From an uncultured bacterium (lineage in GTDB: Bacteria; Babelota; Babeliae; Babelales; Babelaceae): DNA of 64,000 bases. The DNA lies in the NCBI GenBank assembly GCA_963713855.1, contig OY970209.1, positions 1,344,001 to 1,408,000 of the forward strand, in the 5' to 3' direction. A program made the translations under genes and the position numbers. Of this stretch, positions 51,925-62,420 are shown piece after piece; positions within the stretch are counted from its first letter, which is position 1, and every line of letters starts with the position of its first letter. The notes below the pieces were generated by a model. That model did not search any database. It had not been told where the DNA came from and saw nothing but the letters and a program-made list of their open reading frames with translations.

Positions 51925-52105
51925 TATAAGCTAGTTATATAACGGTAGGAATATCTGACTAGAAGGCACACTGTAAACTGCTTTACAGCATTATCACGAA
52001 AAATAGCGATCGCAGTAAGCGATCGCCTAGGATCGATTTTCACAAGTTCTCTGCCGAGTTCTATACAGAGCTTGTCTTTGCAAGCTTATAGGTTATAAGC
52101 TTTGT

Positions 52106-52524
52106 TCACTGCGCTTTGAACCATTCGCTTAACCCGGCATTGCTTTTTTCGGCTTTCTTTTCTTCTCGATCGAGCTCCAGTCTTTCCTGTTCTCCTGCCT
52201 TGCTCACTTGATAAGATGTGCATTGGTAATCTTTATTTTTAGAAATAGGTATCCTAAAAATCTCAAGAAGCTCTACTGTCTTTGAGTCGAATCGTGGAAA
52301 ATGCATAGATCTATTTTATCGCTAGTTCTGTTAGTTTGAAGCACTACTTCCTCACCAGGCTCAAGACCTCGATTTGCAAGCACTTCCTCACAAAAATTAT
52401 CGCAGATCTATGCCAATACATGATTGCTAGTATCGTTAACAACACGAGCACAAATTTCGTTAGCGGCTTTACTCATTCCACACAAAAATAAGGAGGCTAC
52501 AAAAGCGTAATTAATAAACTTCAT
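52106..52524 (-). pseudogene. Degraded secreted hypothetical protein
   Basis: RBS GAAGGA; MKFINYAFVASLFLCGMSKAANEICARVVNDTSNHVLA*ICDNF.. with in-frame TAG at 52408-52410, then a frameshift into ORF 52106-52306. Confidence 0.65.
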
Positions 52525-52683
52525 CGTGATCCTTCATTGTTTAAAAATAATATTTCAATTTTAATTAATTATAATATTTTACCATTAAATATGTCGATAA
52601 AAAATCATTTAACTTGCAGAAAATACATCGGCCGCACTTAGAACTACATGCACATATTACAAAAAAACATGACTAGGACATAT

Positions 52684-52711
52684 GATGGCTGGGCCACAAT
52701 GCCCAGCCATC
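52684..52711. terminator. Perfect 11-bp GC hairpin in a divergent intergenic region
   Basis: GATGGCTGGGC-CACAAT-GCCCAGCCATC. Confidence 0.45.
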
Positions 52712-52798
52712 GCATCTTTCTTATTATACTCCAAATCGCCCCTTTGAGAGGCAGGAGTTTTTCTGATGTAACAGATTTTTAGAAAATATTTTCTTCCG

Positions 52799-52827
52799 TT
52801 GACAGAGGATTTTAGAAATTTTATGTT
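52799..52827 (+). promoter_or_regulatory. Putative sigma70 promoter of the GMC oxidoreductase
   Basis: TTGACA-17 nt-TATGTT. Confidence 0.55.
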
Positions 52828-52864
52828 CTTCCAAAGGAGTGTTTTTCAAAAAAAGGAGTATTTA

Positions 52865-54649
52865 ATGAAGCAGAGACTGCAGCAGCGTAGTTTTATTTTG
52901 CTTTGTTTGACGGTATTGTTACCAGTATCCAGCCTTACATCCAAAGTAAAAACTTCTAAGGTGATTTCACCAAGCCCGTGCAGCAACTCTAATCCGTGCG
53001 TGGAAAAAGAATTGAAGTGCCCCCCTGCTAAGAAATTCTCAAAAGGATATGACTTCATCATTGTTGGTCTAGGTTCTGCTGGTTCGATTCTTGCCCGAAA
53101 ACTATCAGAACCAGACGCACATGGAAGAAGAAAAAGAGTATTGGCGCTTGAAACAGGAGTTAATGTTCAAAAAGATCCTGTTATATTAAACCCGATGTGG
53201 GTTGATAACGCTAATACGCTTATTTATAGTCCTAAATATGCTCTTAACTATCCCGTTCCTATCGGTTTCTTGCAGTCAACGCTTTATGCTGAAGGTCTCA
53301 ACTGGGGAGGTTCAGCTTCCCATAATTTCTTACTTGCTGGTAGAGGTACACCGGACATTTACGATTTTTGGTCAACAGTTTCTGCCAACAAGATGTGGCT
53401 TTATAACAACCTTTTGCCAAAGATGAAAGCTGTTGAAAGTTATTTCTCGGATGGAACACCATTCGATGCAGCACAGCGTGGTTCTCACGGACCTATTAGC
53501 GTCACTCAAAATCCTCCAATAGGAATGGGTGATGTTTTCTTAAATAATTTGTCAACTATTACAGGAACCCCTTTTATTCCTGATTACAATGATCCTAAAT
53601 ATGGACAAATCGGCATCTCGGCAATTCAGCAATTTATTACGCCTGGGCCTAATAGTCATCGCAGCTATTCAAATCTTGAGTTTCTTCCCGCTGGAAAAGG
53701 GAAAGGAGCAGTTGTCAGTAATAGCGGAATCGGGTTGCATGGTAGAAGGTTAAAAATTATCTCGAATGCACGTGTTTTAAAATTCGATATCAATGAAGAT
53801 AAGTACGCCACTGGTATCACGTATGTCTTTACTGGTAAAGAAGATAAAGTATTGAGAGCGTCGCTCAATAAAGGTGGAAAATTAATTCTCACGGCAGGCG
53901 CCATTAGAACTCCTAAGCTCTTGTTTAACTCCGGTGTTGGTCCTGCAGATGAGCTGAGCGCAGTTGGCATACCAGTTGTTCTAGATAGTCCTCAGGTGGG
54001 TAAAAATCTACAGTGCCAATACGGCTCGTCTGCTTTCATAGAGGGTCATATAACTAATATGGCACAGTCATTCTTGAGTGGGTCTCCATATTTTCCGGGA
54101 GATCCGAGCATTCGCCGCATACAAGTCAACTACGCTATTACAGGAGCTGATACCTTTCAAGCACTGCCATGGATTCTTGATCCACAAAGCTTGGGTTCTT
54201 TAACCATTGTTTCTAATGATCCATTGATAGATCTACAAATAAATTTACCTGTATATTCAAACCCATTTGACGCTTCCCTTATAGTTGCATTCTATAAGAT
54301 CATGAAACAGACTGCAAACGCAGCTGGCGCGACAGTTTTGTTCCCACCACCACAAGATTTTCCTGCACCATTTGGCCCTGCCCCAGATGACTCTGCGCTT
54401 TTAGCTGATGCTGCAAGCTTAGATGCCCTTGTTCTCCAATCCCATATCGTGGGAACAACGCGTATGGGCAAATCGATAAATGATAGCGTTGTCAGTGGCA
54501 AGTTAAAGGTCCACGGCTTGGAAAACGTCTATATCGGTGATGCTGGTATTCAACCTAAGAGCGTCAATACTAATCCGTGCTTTGGCGTCTACTACACAGC
54601 CTTGGTACTTGCAGAAATTTTAGGTTATCCTACACCACCAGCACTCTAA
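52865..54649 (+). CDS. Secreted GMC family oxidoreductase
   Basis: RBS AAGGAG; signal peptide; YDFIIVGLGSAG, GGSASHN, AGAIRTPKLL..SGVGP, HIVGTTRMG, NTN. Confidence 0.92.
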   Translation: MKQRLQQRSFILLCLTVLLPVSSLTSKVKTSKVISPSPCSNSNPCVEKELKCPPAKKFSKGYDFIIVGLGSAGSILARKLSEPDAHGRRKRVLALETGVNVQKDPVILNPMWVDNANTLIYSPKYALNYPVPIGFLQSTLYAEGLNWGGSASHNFLLAGRGTPDIYDFWSTVSANKMWLYNNLLPKMKAVESYFSDGTPFDAAQRGSHGPISVTQNPPIGMGDVFLNNLSTITGTPFIPDYNDPKYGQIGISAIQQFITPGPNSHRSYSNLEFLPAGKGKGAVVSNSGIGLHGRRLKIISNARVLKFDINEDKYATGITYVFTGKEDKVLRASLNKGGKLILTAGAIRTPKLLFNSGVGPADELSAVGIPVVLDSPQVGKNLQCQYGSSAFIEGHITNMAQSFLSGSPYFPGDPSIRRIQVNYAITGADTFQALPWILDPQSLGSLTIVSNDPLIDLQINLPVYSNPFDASLIVAFYKIMKQTANAAGATVLFPPPQDFPAPFGPAPDDSALLADAASLDALVLQSHIVGTTRMGKSINDSVVSGKLKVHGLENVYIGDAGIQPKSVNTNPCFGVYYTALVLAEILGYPTPPAL

Positions 54650-54660
54650 AACATATTTAA

Positions 54661-54688
54661 GAGCCCCGGATGCCGGGGCTCATTTTTT
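54661..54688 (+). terminator. Intrinsic terminator
   Basis: GAGCCCCGG-ATG-CCGGGGCTC followed by ATTTTTT. Confidence 0.85.
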
Positions 54689-55922
54689 AGAAAGTGTGTT
54701 TTTTTAAATCTGTCACTGTCTCATCGACCCAATCATAAATGCGCTGTGTTGAAAGCAATAGTGAGCCGAGTTGGCAATGGAGCCCCGCAGCTTCTTTTGC
54801 GGTAAAGAGCATATAGGTTTTCGGACAAGTCAAATGATCGTATATGCGCTTTCCTTGACCCCGAAAAAGAGGCATTTCATTGTCTGCATCAACGACTAGT
54901 GTGGTACTTTTAATAAGCTGTGCTCGATTTATAAGTGTGTATTCGGCGCATTTAAGTATCAGCTCACTAGGTGTTTTAGCGCCAAAGCTAAACATACCAC
55001 GTTCAAAAAACCATCTTATTGAAGTTCTAACTTTCATGATTTGACGTATAGCCAAATCAAAAGCATCGGCATTCGTTTTGGCTTCTTTTACCAAAGTATC
55101 TTTTGTATTTCCTTCGATAGCCGCCATGGCTGCCACAAGATCATAAAAGCCACCATTCGTGATTAAGATTTTAATACGATCATCTCCACTTGCGCCACGC
55201 GGTGCAAAATACCCACCAAAACTTTCTCCGTAGAGGATAAGCATGCTGGCATCAACCTCTTTTTGCGTGATAGCAAAATCAACAACTGACCGTATTACAA
55301 TTTCCCAATCTGGTCTAAAAAAAAGGCCTTGTTCTCGAAGTACCGCTCCCTGCCCTGGTCCTTCGAAAGTAAGCACATTATAGCCGCGTTTTATTGCCTC
55401 CATTGCGCGCGCAAACAATTCTTCCTGAGTCCCGTCAAAACCGGCCTGCATCAATATAGTCGCTCTCTTTTTACCATCAACTGTGTAAAAATAGCCTGGC
55501 AGTGTAGTACCTTCATAGGGGATCTTGACCGGTATAATACTCGTCGACGTCAATGCTATGGCCTTCATAAAGCAGGCTATACTTTTATGTGAAGCGTCGC
55601 GAATGCGTGGATCTGCCGGATTACCATGAAGATAAGAATCGGAAGCTAGATAATAGTTACTCGCGCGTAGAAAAGCTGATTGCGCACTCACCATGTGCCC
55701 ATTTTTTAGAGATTCTTCGCCAATAGCATGGACGCGTTGTGCGGTCTTATACCAAGCATTGTACCAGCTTTCAAAATTACCATTTTGGATCTGATTTGCA
55801 GTCATTAAGCATTCATTAATGTCGGCCATCTGAGCTACACTGTAACTTAGATGGCGCACAAGTTGAAAATCAAATGACTCGTCTTCAAATACGATAGGCT
55901 TATGCTTTTGTTCTTTTTCCAT
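54687..55922 (-). CDS. Alpha/beta hydrolase (2,6-dihydropseudooxynicotine hydrolase/FrsA-like)
   Basis: IPYEGTTLPGY, GFDG, EGPGQG, GESFGG, HCQLG. Confidence 0.9.
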   Translation of the reverse strand: MEKEQKHKPIVFEDESFDFQLVRHLSYSVAQMADINECLMTANQIQNGNFESWYNAWYKTAQRVHAIGEESLKNGHMVSAQSAFLRASNYYLASDSYLHGNPADPRIRDASHKSIACFMKAIALTSTSIIPVKIPYEGTTLPGYFYTVDGKKRATILMQAGFDGTQEELFARAMEAIKRGYNVLTFEGPGQGAVLREQGLFFRPDWEIVIRSVVDFAITQKEVDASMLILYGESFGGYFAPRGASGDDRIKILITNGGFYDLVAAMAAIEGNTKDTLVKEAKTNADAFDLAIRQIMKVRTSIRWFFERGMFSFGAKTPSELILKCAEYTLINRAQLIKSTTLVVDADNEMPLFRGQGKRIYDHLTCPKTYMLFTAKEAAGLHCQLGSLLLSTQRIYDWVDETVTDLKKHTF

Positions 55923-55948
55923 GCTTAAAAATCCTTCAGATAACTCTA

Positions 55949-56491
55949 TTACGGCAGCTCGCCCGTTTTTACTTTTTCTATCGTACTTTCTATCCATTCA
56001 GCTTCTGCTTTTAAATGGGCCATTGCCAACTTAAAGTTTTCATTAATGTGACGTGGATAACCCTCAGCAGCTGCACGAATTGGCATTGCATTTTTACAAA
56101 AATTAATGGTCATCTTGGCATGGTTAAGCCGCGTTTCGAGTGCAACAAGCAGTTCTTCTTTAGGCATATGTTGCATGAAAGTAAGTGCCACTTGGAACGG
56201 ATCGATTATGGGCTTTATTTCCCACCACTGTTCTCTCAATAAGCGCATGAATTCTTCTTTTCCACTTTTGGTAATGGTATACATAATTCTTGCCGGAACT
56301 TCATCGTCACCTTGCACAGTTTCAACAAGCTTTTCTTCAGCCATTTTTTTGAGGGCAAAGTAAATCGAGCCATAGGCGGTGTTGGCCCACTTTTCCGCGT
56401 TCCATGACTCTAATTCGCGCTTAATTTCATACCCATGGATTTCTTTTTTTTCCATAAGAATACCAAGGATAAGTATTCGTATTGCAGACAT
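55949..56491 (-). CDS. PadR family transcriptional regulator
   Basis: HGYEI, GSIYFALKKM, YTITKSG, C-terminal helical domain. Confidence 0.93.
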   Translation of the reverse strand: MSAIRILILGILMEKKEIHGYEIKRELESWNAEKWANTAYGSIYFALKKMAEEKLVETVQGDDEVPARIMYTITKSGKEEFMRLLREQWWEIKPIIDPFQVALTFMQHMPKEELLVALETRLNHAKMTINFCKNAMPIRAAAEGYPRHINENFKLAMAHLKAEAEWIESTIEKVKTGELP

Positions 56492-56514
56492 ATTTTTACT
56501 CAAGTAGATAGTTC

Positions 56515-56532
56515 GTATTCAAATTTGTATAC
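56515..56532. promoter_or_regulatory. Near-perfect palindrome, candidate PadR operator
   Basis: GTATTCAAA-TTTGTATAC lies between a minus-strand TTGACA (56551-56556) and the padR start. Confidence 0.6.
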
Positions 56533-56712
56533 AAACTAGAATTCTTAGTGTGTCAATCATTCTTATTAACAAGCAATCGAATTTTTCCTCGTATTGAAAA
56601 CGTCTACCAGATAGTCACTTTATTGACAATTGAGCACAAAAACGTATAGTGTTTAAGAATGATATGCACATAAATAAATTCAAGCATCAAACAAGATGCA
56701 GAGAGGAAATCG

Positions 56713-57615
56713 ATGTTTTATATTGTCATTTTATGCATAACTTTCTTATCAAGCGTAGGCTGTACTCAAGCTCGCGAGCGGTATGGAAAAGAAGAAATTA
56801 ATTCAATTTCATCAATGGGGTCGGTCCAATTAACTGGAACACATGTACTCGGATCTTTGAGCTCATTGGGCTCGGCTACATTAAAAAATGCTCACATAGA
56901 TGGTAACGTAGCTATTGCTGGATCGCTTGACGCAACTAATACCCAACTAAAAAAATCTACCAATGTCTCCGGATCTGCCGACGTAGATGACTCTGTATTC
57001 GAAAGTACGTTGTCCGTTTCAGGAAGCTTAAGAGCACGAAACCTAAAAGGACAATCTATACATGTGGGTGGTCGCGCTACCTTAAAAAGTTCTGACATAG
57101 AAGGCGACGCTTCTATAGGTGGATCATTAGTTGCAACGGATACAGAATGTAACGCGTTAGTAGTTAGTGGGAGCGCCGAAATGAGTAAAGTTACCGTAAA
57201 AGGTAGCGCCACCATTTCTGGTCATTTTGAAAGTGAAGGTAGCAACTTCCAGGATGAGCTCTTCTTAGCATCAAGAAAAGCCATTCTCGATTCCACCACT
57301 ACCCAAGCTATTACGATTAGTAAAATCAGTAAATGCAGCGGATCCCAGGTCAGAAACGCACGCATAAACAATGTATACATATACGACAATGTATACTTCA
57401 CAGACGGCAATAAGATCCATTGCGATGGTCAAGATTGTCACGTTTTGGAAGAAGATCTTTCTAACGAATGTGTCCTAGCTGAACAGGTTGTGGAACTTCG
57501 AAATGATACGAAGGTTAACGGACCTATTACCTTTGAGTCTGGAAAAGGCAAAGTCATCGTGGATGCAACAAGCAGTTTTACTGAGGTAATAGGTGGAACG
57601 ATTGAGCGTTCATAA
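56713..57615 (+). CDS. Secreted beta-helical repeat protein (bactofilin/polymer-forming-like)
   Basis: Signal peptide; about 16-17-aa repeats (V/I)xGS(L/A); promoter TTGACA..TATAGT at 56623-56650. Confidence 0.75.
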   Translation: MFYIVILCITFLSSVGCTQARERYGKEEINSISSMGSVQLTGTHVLGSLSSLGSATLKNAHIDGNVAIAGSLDATNTQLKKSTNVSGSADVDDSVFESTLSVSGSLRARNLKGQSIHVGGRATLKSSDIEGDASIGGSLVATDTECNALVVSGSAEMSKVTVKGSATISGHFESEGSNFQDELFLASRKAILDSTTTQAITISKISKCSGSQVRNARINNVYIYDNVYFTDGNKIHCDGQDCHVLEEDLSNECVLAEQVVELRNDTKVNGPITFESGKGKVIVDATSSFTEVIGGTIERS

Positions 57616-57666
57616 AAACAGCCTTTAAATTGTCGAAGAAATATGATTAATATATAAAAGGACACT

Positions 57667-58419
57667 ACGAACAAGCTTTTCCTAATTGTTTTTCTTACTT
57701 TAACCCCTATATGTGGCTACCATCAATATAGCGCGACTGCTGATTGAGCTCTTGATGCGGATCATCAGCTAAAGCACTTTAACGAAATCTTAAATTCCGA
57801 CATTAAGCACCCAGCTCTTGTTGCGTTTGAACAAATAATAAAGCCCTGTCCGAAACTTGCAACGACTCCTTATGAGATAGCGCCTTATTTTTATGGCTCA
57901 GCTTTTAAAGAACTCGTATATGCGTATAGCAAATTTGATGAAAGACATAAGAGGGCCGATTTTGCTAAAGTTATTAAAAAGCTCATAGATCTTGGAGTAG
58001 ACGTTAATGAAGATCAGCATTTTTTGAACACCCTGGCGTCGTCATCTTTCTTCCTACCAATACTTATAGTCTTAACCGAATTTGGGGTAAAAATAACCGA
58101 TGAAATTATTAAAAGCGCCCGTTCATGCAGCTTAACTTCAGGAAGCGGATGTAGTTTATATGAGGCAGATTTATATACTATAAAAGAAGCCCAATCTGAA
58201 AAAGAAAGCACTGCTGGACCGATTACAGGCGAACCTGGGACAAATGAGTTACTGAATGAGGACTGGTTATCTAAAGCGATTACCTCGCTAAGCCAGATGC
58301 AAAAAGCAAAACAACTTAGCCGAGACGATTTAGACAAAGTTGTAGATTATATAGAAAAAATCAAAGAGAACATCGAGCTTCAAGAACTAAAAAGAGCTCA
58401 AAAAGAAATACAAGGCTAA
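57667..58419 (+). pseudogene. Degraded secreted protein with an ankyrin-like segment
   Basis: RBS AAAGGA followed by ACG where ATG is expected, signal-like NKLFLIVFLTLT, in-frame TGA at 57745, then open through KKLIDLGVDVN into ORF 58024-58419. Confidence 0.65.
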
Positions 58420-58441
58420 AAACACCTCTTTCGGTCAGACC

Positions 58442-59176
58442 CTAACAATAGTCTTGAAAATGCTTTATTATTACTGTCAGACGAGGATATTGGTTACATA
58501 ACTCTTTAATATATGCCTCTGTATCAGGATCAATCTGACGATTAGAATCTTTAATCAGTCTATATACGCGAGAAACCATCATATTAGCTGCAATCAAACT
58601 TTGATTAGGAACGGTATAACTTAGGGCAAGCACTAGAATGATAAGGCCGCTTGACAATAACCAAATCGGAATAGCATGTTCACCTCCAATATCCCTGAAA
58701 AAAAAGAGAGACGCGAACACTATCAAAATTGAACCAAGAAGTTCTGGAATCGATGGCTCGTTTCTTACACTCAGTTCGATAAGAGTGTGCAAAAGTGTGC
58801 GATGAGTTGAGGTTTTTGGAGATTTAAACAAATAAGATGCGATATTTATATTCCCCCTTCTCATTTCACTCAAAAATTGATTAAGTGCTTTTTCAGCTCT
58901 GACTTTACAAGTGCTAGAATCTTTCAATGCCCGCTCAATGGACTCAAAAAAACTCTCAAAGGCATGGTCGACGTCACTTAACGTATCGGTATCAGAGGCA
59001 TATGTACCTCGGTCCAAACTATTTGTATTGTACGTAACCGATTGCAACTGCTCGATGGTAAATCTTTGGTTGGCAAAGTTTTCTTCCTCCATCGGCAAAA
59101 TAGTTACCACTTTAAAGATGAATAGCAAGAAAAATAGTGTATACGCGTTATGACGTTTTATTAAAAGGTAATTCAT
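58442..59176 (-). CDS. Hypothetical membrane protein
   Basis: Hydrophobic N-terminus and two TM helices; RTLLH ankyrin-like hint. Confidence 0.7.
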   Translation of the reverse strand: MNYLLIKRHNAYTLFFLLFIFKVVTILPMEEENFANQRFTIEQLQSVTYNTNSLDRGTYASDTDTLSDVDHAFESFFESIERALKDSSTCKVRAEKALNQFLSEMRRGNINIASYLFKSPKTSTHRTLLHTLIELSVRNEPSIPELLGSILIVFASLFFFRDIGGEHAIPIWLLSSGLIILVLALSYTVPNQSLIAANMMVSRVYRLIKDSNRQIDPDTEAYIKELCNQYPRLTVIIKHFQDYC

Positions 59177-59319
59177 GCTCAATGTCTGCAGCTTACATTT
59201 TTTTAACACTATAAACCGCAAGCTGCAATCTAGCAATCTTAAAAGCGTGATTACAATGACTTTAGATCACGTCTGGCTTTTTTGGCCGAACCAAATGAGT
59301 TATCAAAAATACGCCCACA

Positions 59320-60081
59320 TCAACCATTACTACTATGACGTTGATCGGCAGCCTTCTGTATTAGCTTTTTTAAAGTTAGCATGTCTTTCGGGTAGTTTCC
59401 TTTATTATCAGGCAAGCTCTGAGCACCGTGTTCATGTAAAAGTGCTATCATTTTTTTATCATCGAGCTCATAAGCACAGTGGAGAGGAGTTGCACCGTCA
59501 TTATCTTGAGCATCAATAGGAGCACCTTTCATTATAAGCGTTTGAGCAATTCGTGCATTACCTCTTACAGTAGCCCAGTGCAAAGGCGTATAACCCTTAC
59601 TATCTTTCAGGTACAATGAGGGCTTTGCGCCAGCATCAAGTAAGCATTTCACTAGCTCATTATATGTGTCTTGACTCAGCCAAGCGCTACATGCCCAGTG
59701 GAGTGCAGTATACCCGTTAGGATCTTGCTTATTGACATCAGCTTTTCGATTAATAAGGTTTAATGTCATTGCTATTCGTTTATACCAAACAGCCATGCTA
59801 AGCGGAGTTTCCGGCTCTTCATGGCAAGCGGTGTACCAGAATAATGGCGCCATAGGTAATATTAGAGTGCCAAGAACACCTCCTGTAACTCGCGCTGATG
59901 TTGGTAGGTTTTGTTCATACTTACACACATTAATATCTTGTATATTAATATATCGATCAAAAAGTAACTCATCTCCATTTCTAATCGCTTCGCATAAGCC
60001 CTCGCGTTCATGCGAATGAGCAGCAAGGTTTAGAAAAAAAGTAAAAAGAACTACAAAAGATAGTATTGAATAGAATTTCAT
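59320..60081 (-). CDS. Secreted ankyrin repeat protein
   Basis: TPLSMA, GYTALHWA, GYTPLHWA, GATPLHCA; signal peptide. Confidence 0.93.
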   Translation of the reverse strand: MKFYSILSFVVLFTFFLNLAAHSHEREGLCEAIRNGDELLFDRYINIQDINVCKYEQNLPTSARVTGGVLGTLILPMAPLFWYTACHEEPETPLSMAVWYKRIAMTLNLINRKADVNKQDPNGYTALHWACSAWLSQDTYNELVKCLLDAGAKPSLYLKDSKGYTPLHWATVRGNARIAQTLIMKGAPIDAQDNDGATPLHCAYELDDKKMIALLHEHGAQSLPDNKGNYPKDMLTLKKLIQKAADQRHSSNG

Positions 60082-60215
60082 AATCAACCTATTTTGAAAA
60101 AAAAGAAGTAATGCTCTTTGTCATCATAATAAGCTTATATATTTTTTTAGGCCTGTAAACTAAAATAGCGGAGCAGTTCTTGTACTCTTGGCGCTTAAGC
60201 TAGGCCTTGATGTTA

Positions 60216-61595
60216 TCACACCGCTACCGCCACATCCACTCTCACCCCATTTACGAGTTGTTTTAGTGCGGCTACAGCAACTAGCACCGCCATACCAAAT
60301 AAAAGGCGAAGTTTTAAGTCATTGTTATCTTTTGTGAGGTGTAGCAGATAATCAATATAATTTGTTTTTTTTAATCCTTTAGCGGCTGCTAGCTCATAAT
60401 AGTAATTAGCGTGTTCAAGATCTCCCTTGCCTTCCAAAAGCTGTGCCAGAAGAATTTGAGAGTCACGATAGCCCCTGTCTGCCGTAAATTGAAAAAATTG
60501 CTGAGCAAGCTCTTTCTCTCGTGGTAAAAAATATGTTGCAGTATGATAAGCCTCTCTTAGCACTTCTTTAAAGCAACTTTGACATTTTTCTAAATCAATC
60601 GGACAAATGAGTTGGCAAACACTTTCTGCCTGATAGGTGTGTTCAATTGATTCACATCTTTTCGCACTGATGTAGAAAGCTGCGAGGAATAGCATTGAAC
60701 CAACATCTCCATTTTGAACAGCTAATTTTGCATAGTGCTCAAATTCTTCGTCGCAACCTCTAAATTCAACAGGGTTATAATGCATCAAAGAAACTAAAGC
60801 TGCTTGGGCACCAACGAAGCCCTTATCTGCTAAAAGCTTAAAATGTTCTTTAGCTTTGCTATGATCGCCCTGTTGCTGATACAATTTGCCCAGTTCTAAA
60901 TGAGCCTCTACATAACCTTGCTTAAGAACAAACTGATAGAAAGCCCCATTTTCATGCTTAAAATATGACTCAAGCTTTTGACAAGTAAAGCTAAGAAACT
61001 CTTGTAATAGCTTTTGATCGGCGAAAATCTTTAAGTATTCTTTGACCTTAAAAAGATGCCCCTGCTTAAAATACAACCTTGCAAGCATATAGCTCGATGT
61101 CATGTGTCTTTGATTTTCAGCTTTTTTATAGTAATTTTCTGCTTTATCCGCAAAAGCTTGGCTTAAGTAAAGGTTACCAAGCTCATAGCAAGACTCGCTA
61201 TGGTCCTGTAAACAAGCAGCGTTGTAGTAAAACTGCGCATCCTTTGTACGGCCTTGATCAACAAAAATCTCTGCAAGAAGATATTGCGCATCTACTTCAC
61301 CTTGATCAGCTGCAAGTTTTAAATATTTTTCAGCTTCTACGAGCTTTTTTTGTTCTTTATAAAGCTTTCCCAAACTAAACTGACCAATCATACTTCCCTT
61401 GTCAGCAGCAAGGGTAAGATGCTGTTCGGCACCTTCTAGGTCGCCTTCTTTTTGGCAATTTAAACCTACGTTGGTTTGTGCGATTACGTCAGGGTCTAAA
61501 TCTGGATGAATTGCGCCCTTTGCCATATCAGAAAAGCCATTATTGCTAACAAGGATCAATAAAGAAAAGAGAAAGAAATGTAGAGAAAAACGCAT
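60216..61595 (-). CDS. Sel1-like repeat protein with signal peptide and C-terminal hydrophobic anchor
   Basis: Repeated AADKG/AADQG..AQYxL(A/G)xxY units; C-terminal LLFGMAVLVAVAAL. Confidence 0.9.
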   Translation of the reverse strand: MRFSLHFFLFSLLILVSNNGFSDMAKGAIHPDLDPDVIAQTNVGLNCQKEGDLEGAEQHLTLAADKGSMIGQFSLGKLYKEQKKLVEAEKYLKLAADQGEVDAQYLLAEIFVDQGRTKDAQFYYNAACLQDHSESCYELGNLYLSQAFADKAENYYKKAENQRHMTSSYMLARLYFKQGHLFKVKEYLKIFADQKLLQEFLSFTCQKLESYFKHENGAFYQFVLKQGYVEAHLELGKLYQQQGDHSKAKEHFKLLADKGFVGAQAALVSLMHYNPVEFRGCDEEFEHYAKLAVQNGDVGSMLFLAAFYISAKRCESIEHTYQAESVCQLICPIDLEKCQSCFKEVLREAYHTATYFLPREKELAQQFFQFTADRGYRDSQILLAQLLEGKGDLEHANYYYELAAAKGLKKTNYIDYLLHLTKDNNDLKLRLLFGMAVLVAVAALKQLVNGVRVDVAVAV

Positions 61596-61796
61596 ATAAG
61601 AAAACCCCTTGCCATTAAAGCTTGATGCACCGTTATCTTAAAATTCTAATATGAATTATAATAAAAATCAAATCGTCTCTGGAGTGGAACATGTGGAAAA
61701 GATCATTCCTCTCAAAGCCCCCGGACTCGAACTATTTAAATAACAGCCTTTTTCTATGCAATACTAGGAAGGGCTAACAACCCACTAAAAGACTTT

Positions 61797-62213
61797 TTAT
61801 AGGTGTCTGCTTTCGATATCAAGAGCTGGAAGAAGATAGAGATGCCTTGTACCGCCGCCTGCAAAGATATCATGGGAAAAGACTCTACTTGGAGCGACTT
61901 TATCTACTAAGCCAACTATATAACGTTCTGCGCCCGGATTTATCAATCTCGTTTCCAGAACACCCGATGACGATTTTACTCCTGTCTCATGAATAGAGAG
62001 GGTAGGCATAGTGGTCGATTCTACTTGAAGCTGGCCATTACTATAGGGCATTATTACGATACCAGATTCTTCGCTACCTGTTAACGTCACAAACAAATTC
62101 ACCGAGGTTGTATTGAGTATTTTTGCTTGATAAAAAGCGGCATTGACGGGTGAGCACCCAATAAACATTAAAGACAGAGCCAATGTCCTAAAAATGCGTA
62201 AAGTATGTTTCAT
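61797..62213 (-). CDS. Secreted hypothetical protein
   Basis: RBS AAGGAG; signal peptide ending VNA. Confidence 0.75.
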   Translation of the reverse strand: MKHTLRIFRTLALSLMFIGCSPVNAAFYQAKILNTTSVNLFVTLTGSEESGIVIMPYSNGQLQVESTTMPTLSIHETGVKSSSGVLETRLINPGAERYIVGLVDKVAPSRVFSHDIFAGGGTRHLYLLPALDIESRHL

Positions 62214-62420
62214 AGACAGTCTCCTTATAATTACATTGTAGTTTATATTTCTAATTATAAATTTTATAAAATAAAAAGGTCAATAGTTCTACTGATAGAG
62301 GTTTTGAACAAATCTTTCGCCAGTGTCATCCCATCAAATTGGGTGAGGGCACAGAAAATCTACAGTATGAACCTTCGAGAGTGCTACGATGGCGGTATGC
62401 ATTTTGGTGCGGGATTTTTT

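Noticed and set aside
52591..52641. Leader peptide before the 52684 hairpin
   Set aside because: Translates to MSIKNHLTCRKYIGRT* with no RBS and no codon enrichment
32504..58419. Stop-codon reassignment explaining in-frame stops
   Set aside because: All three stop types occur and frameshifts accompany them; conserved genes use TGG for Trp and end normally at TGA, TAG or TAA
61715..61735. tRNA-like GTTCGAGTCC on the minus strand
   Set aside because: No T-stem pairing and no cloverleaf
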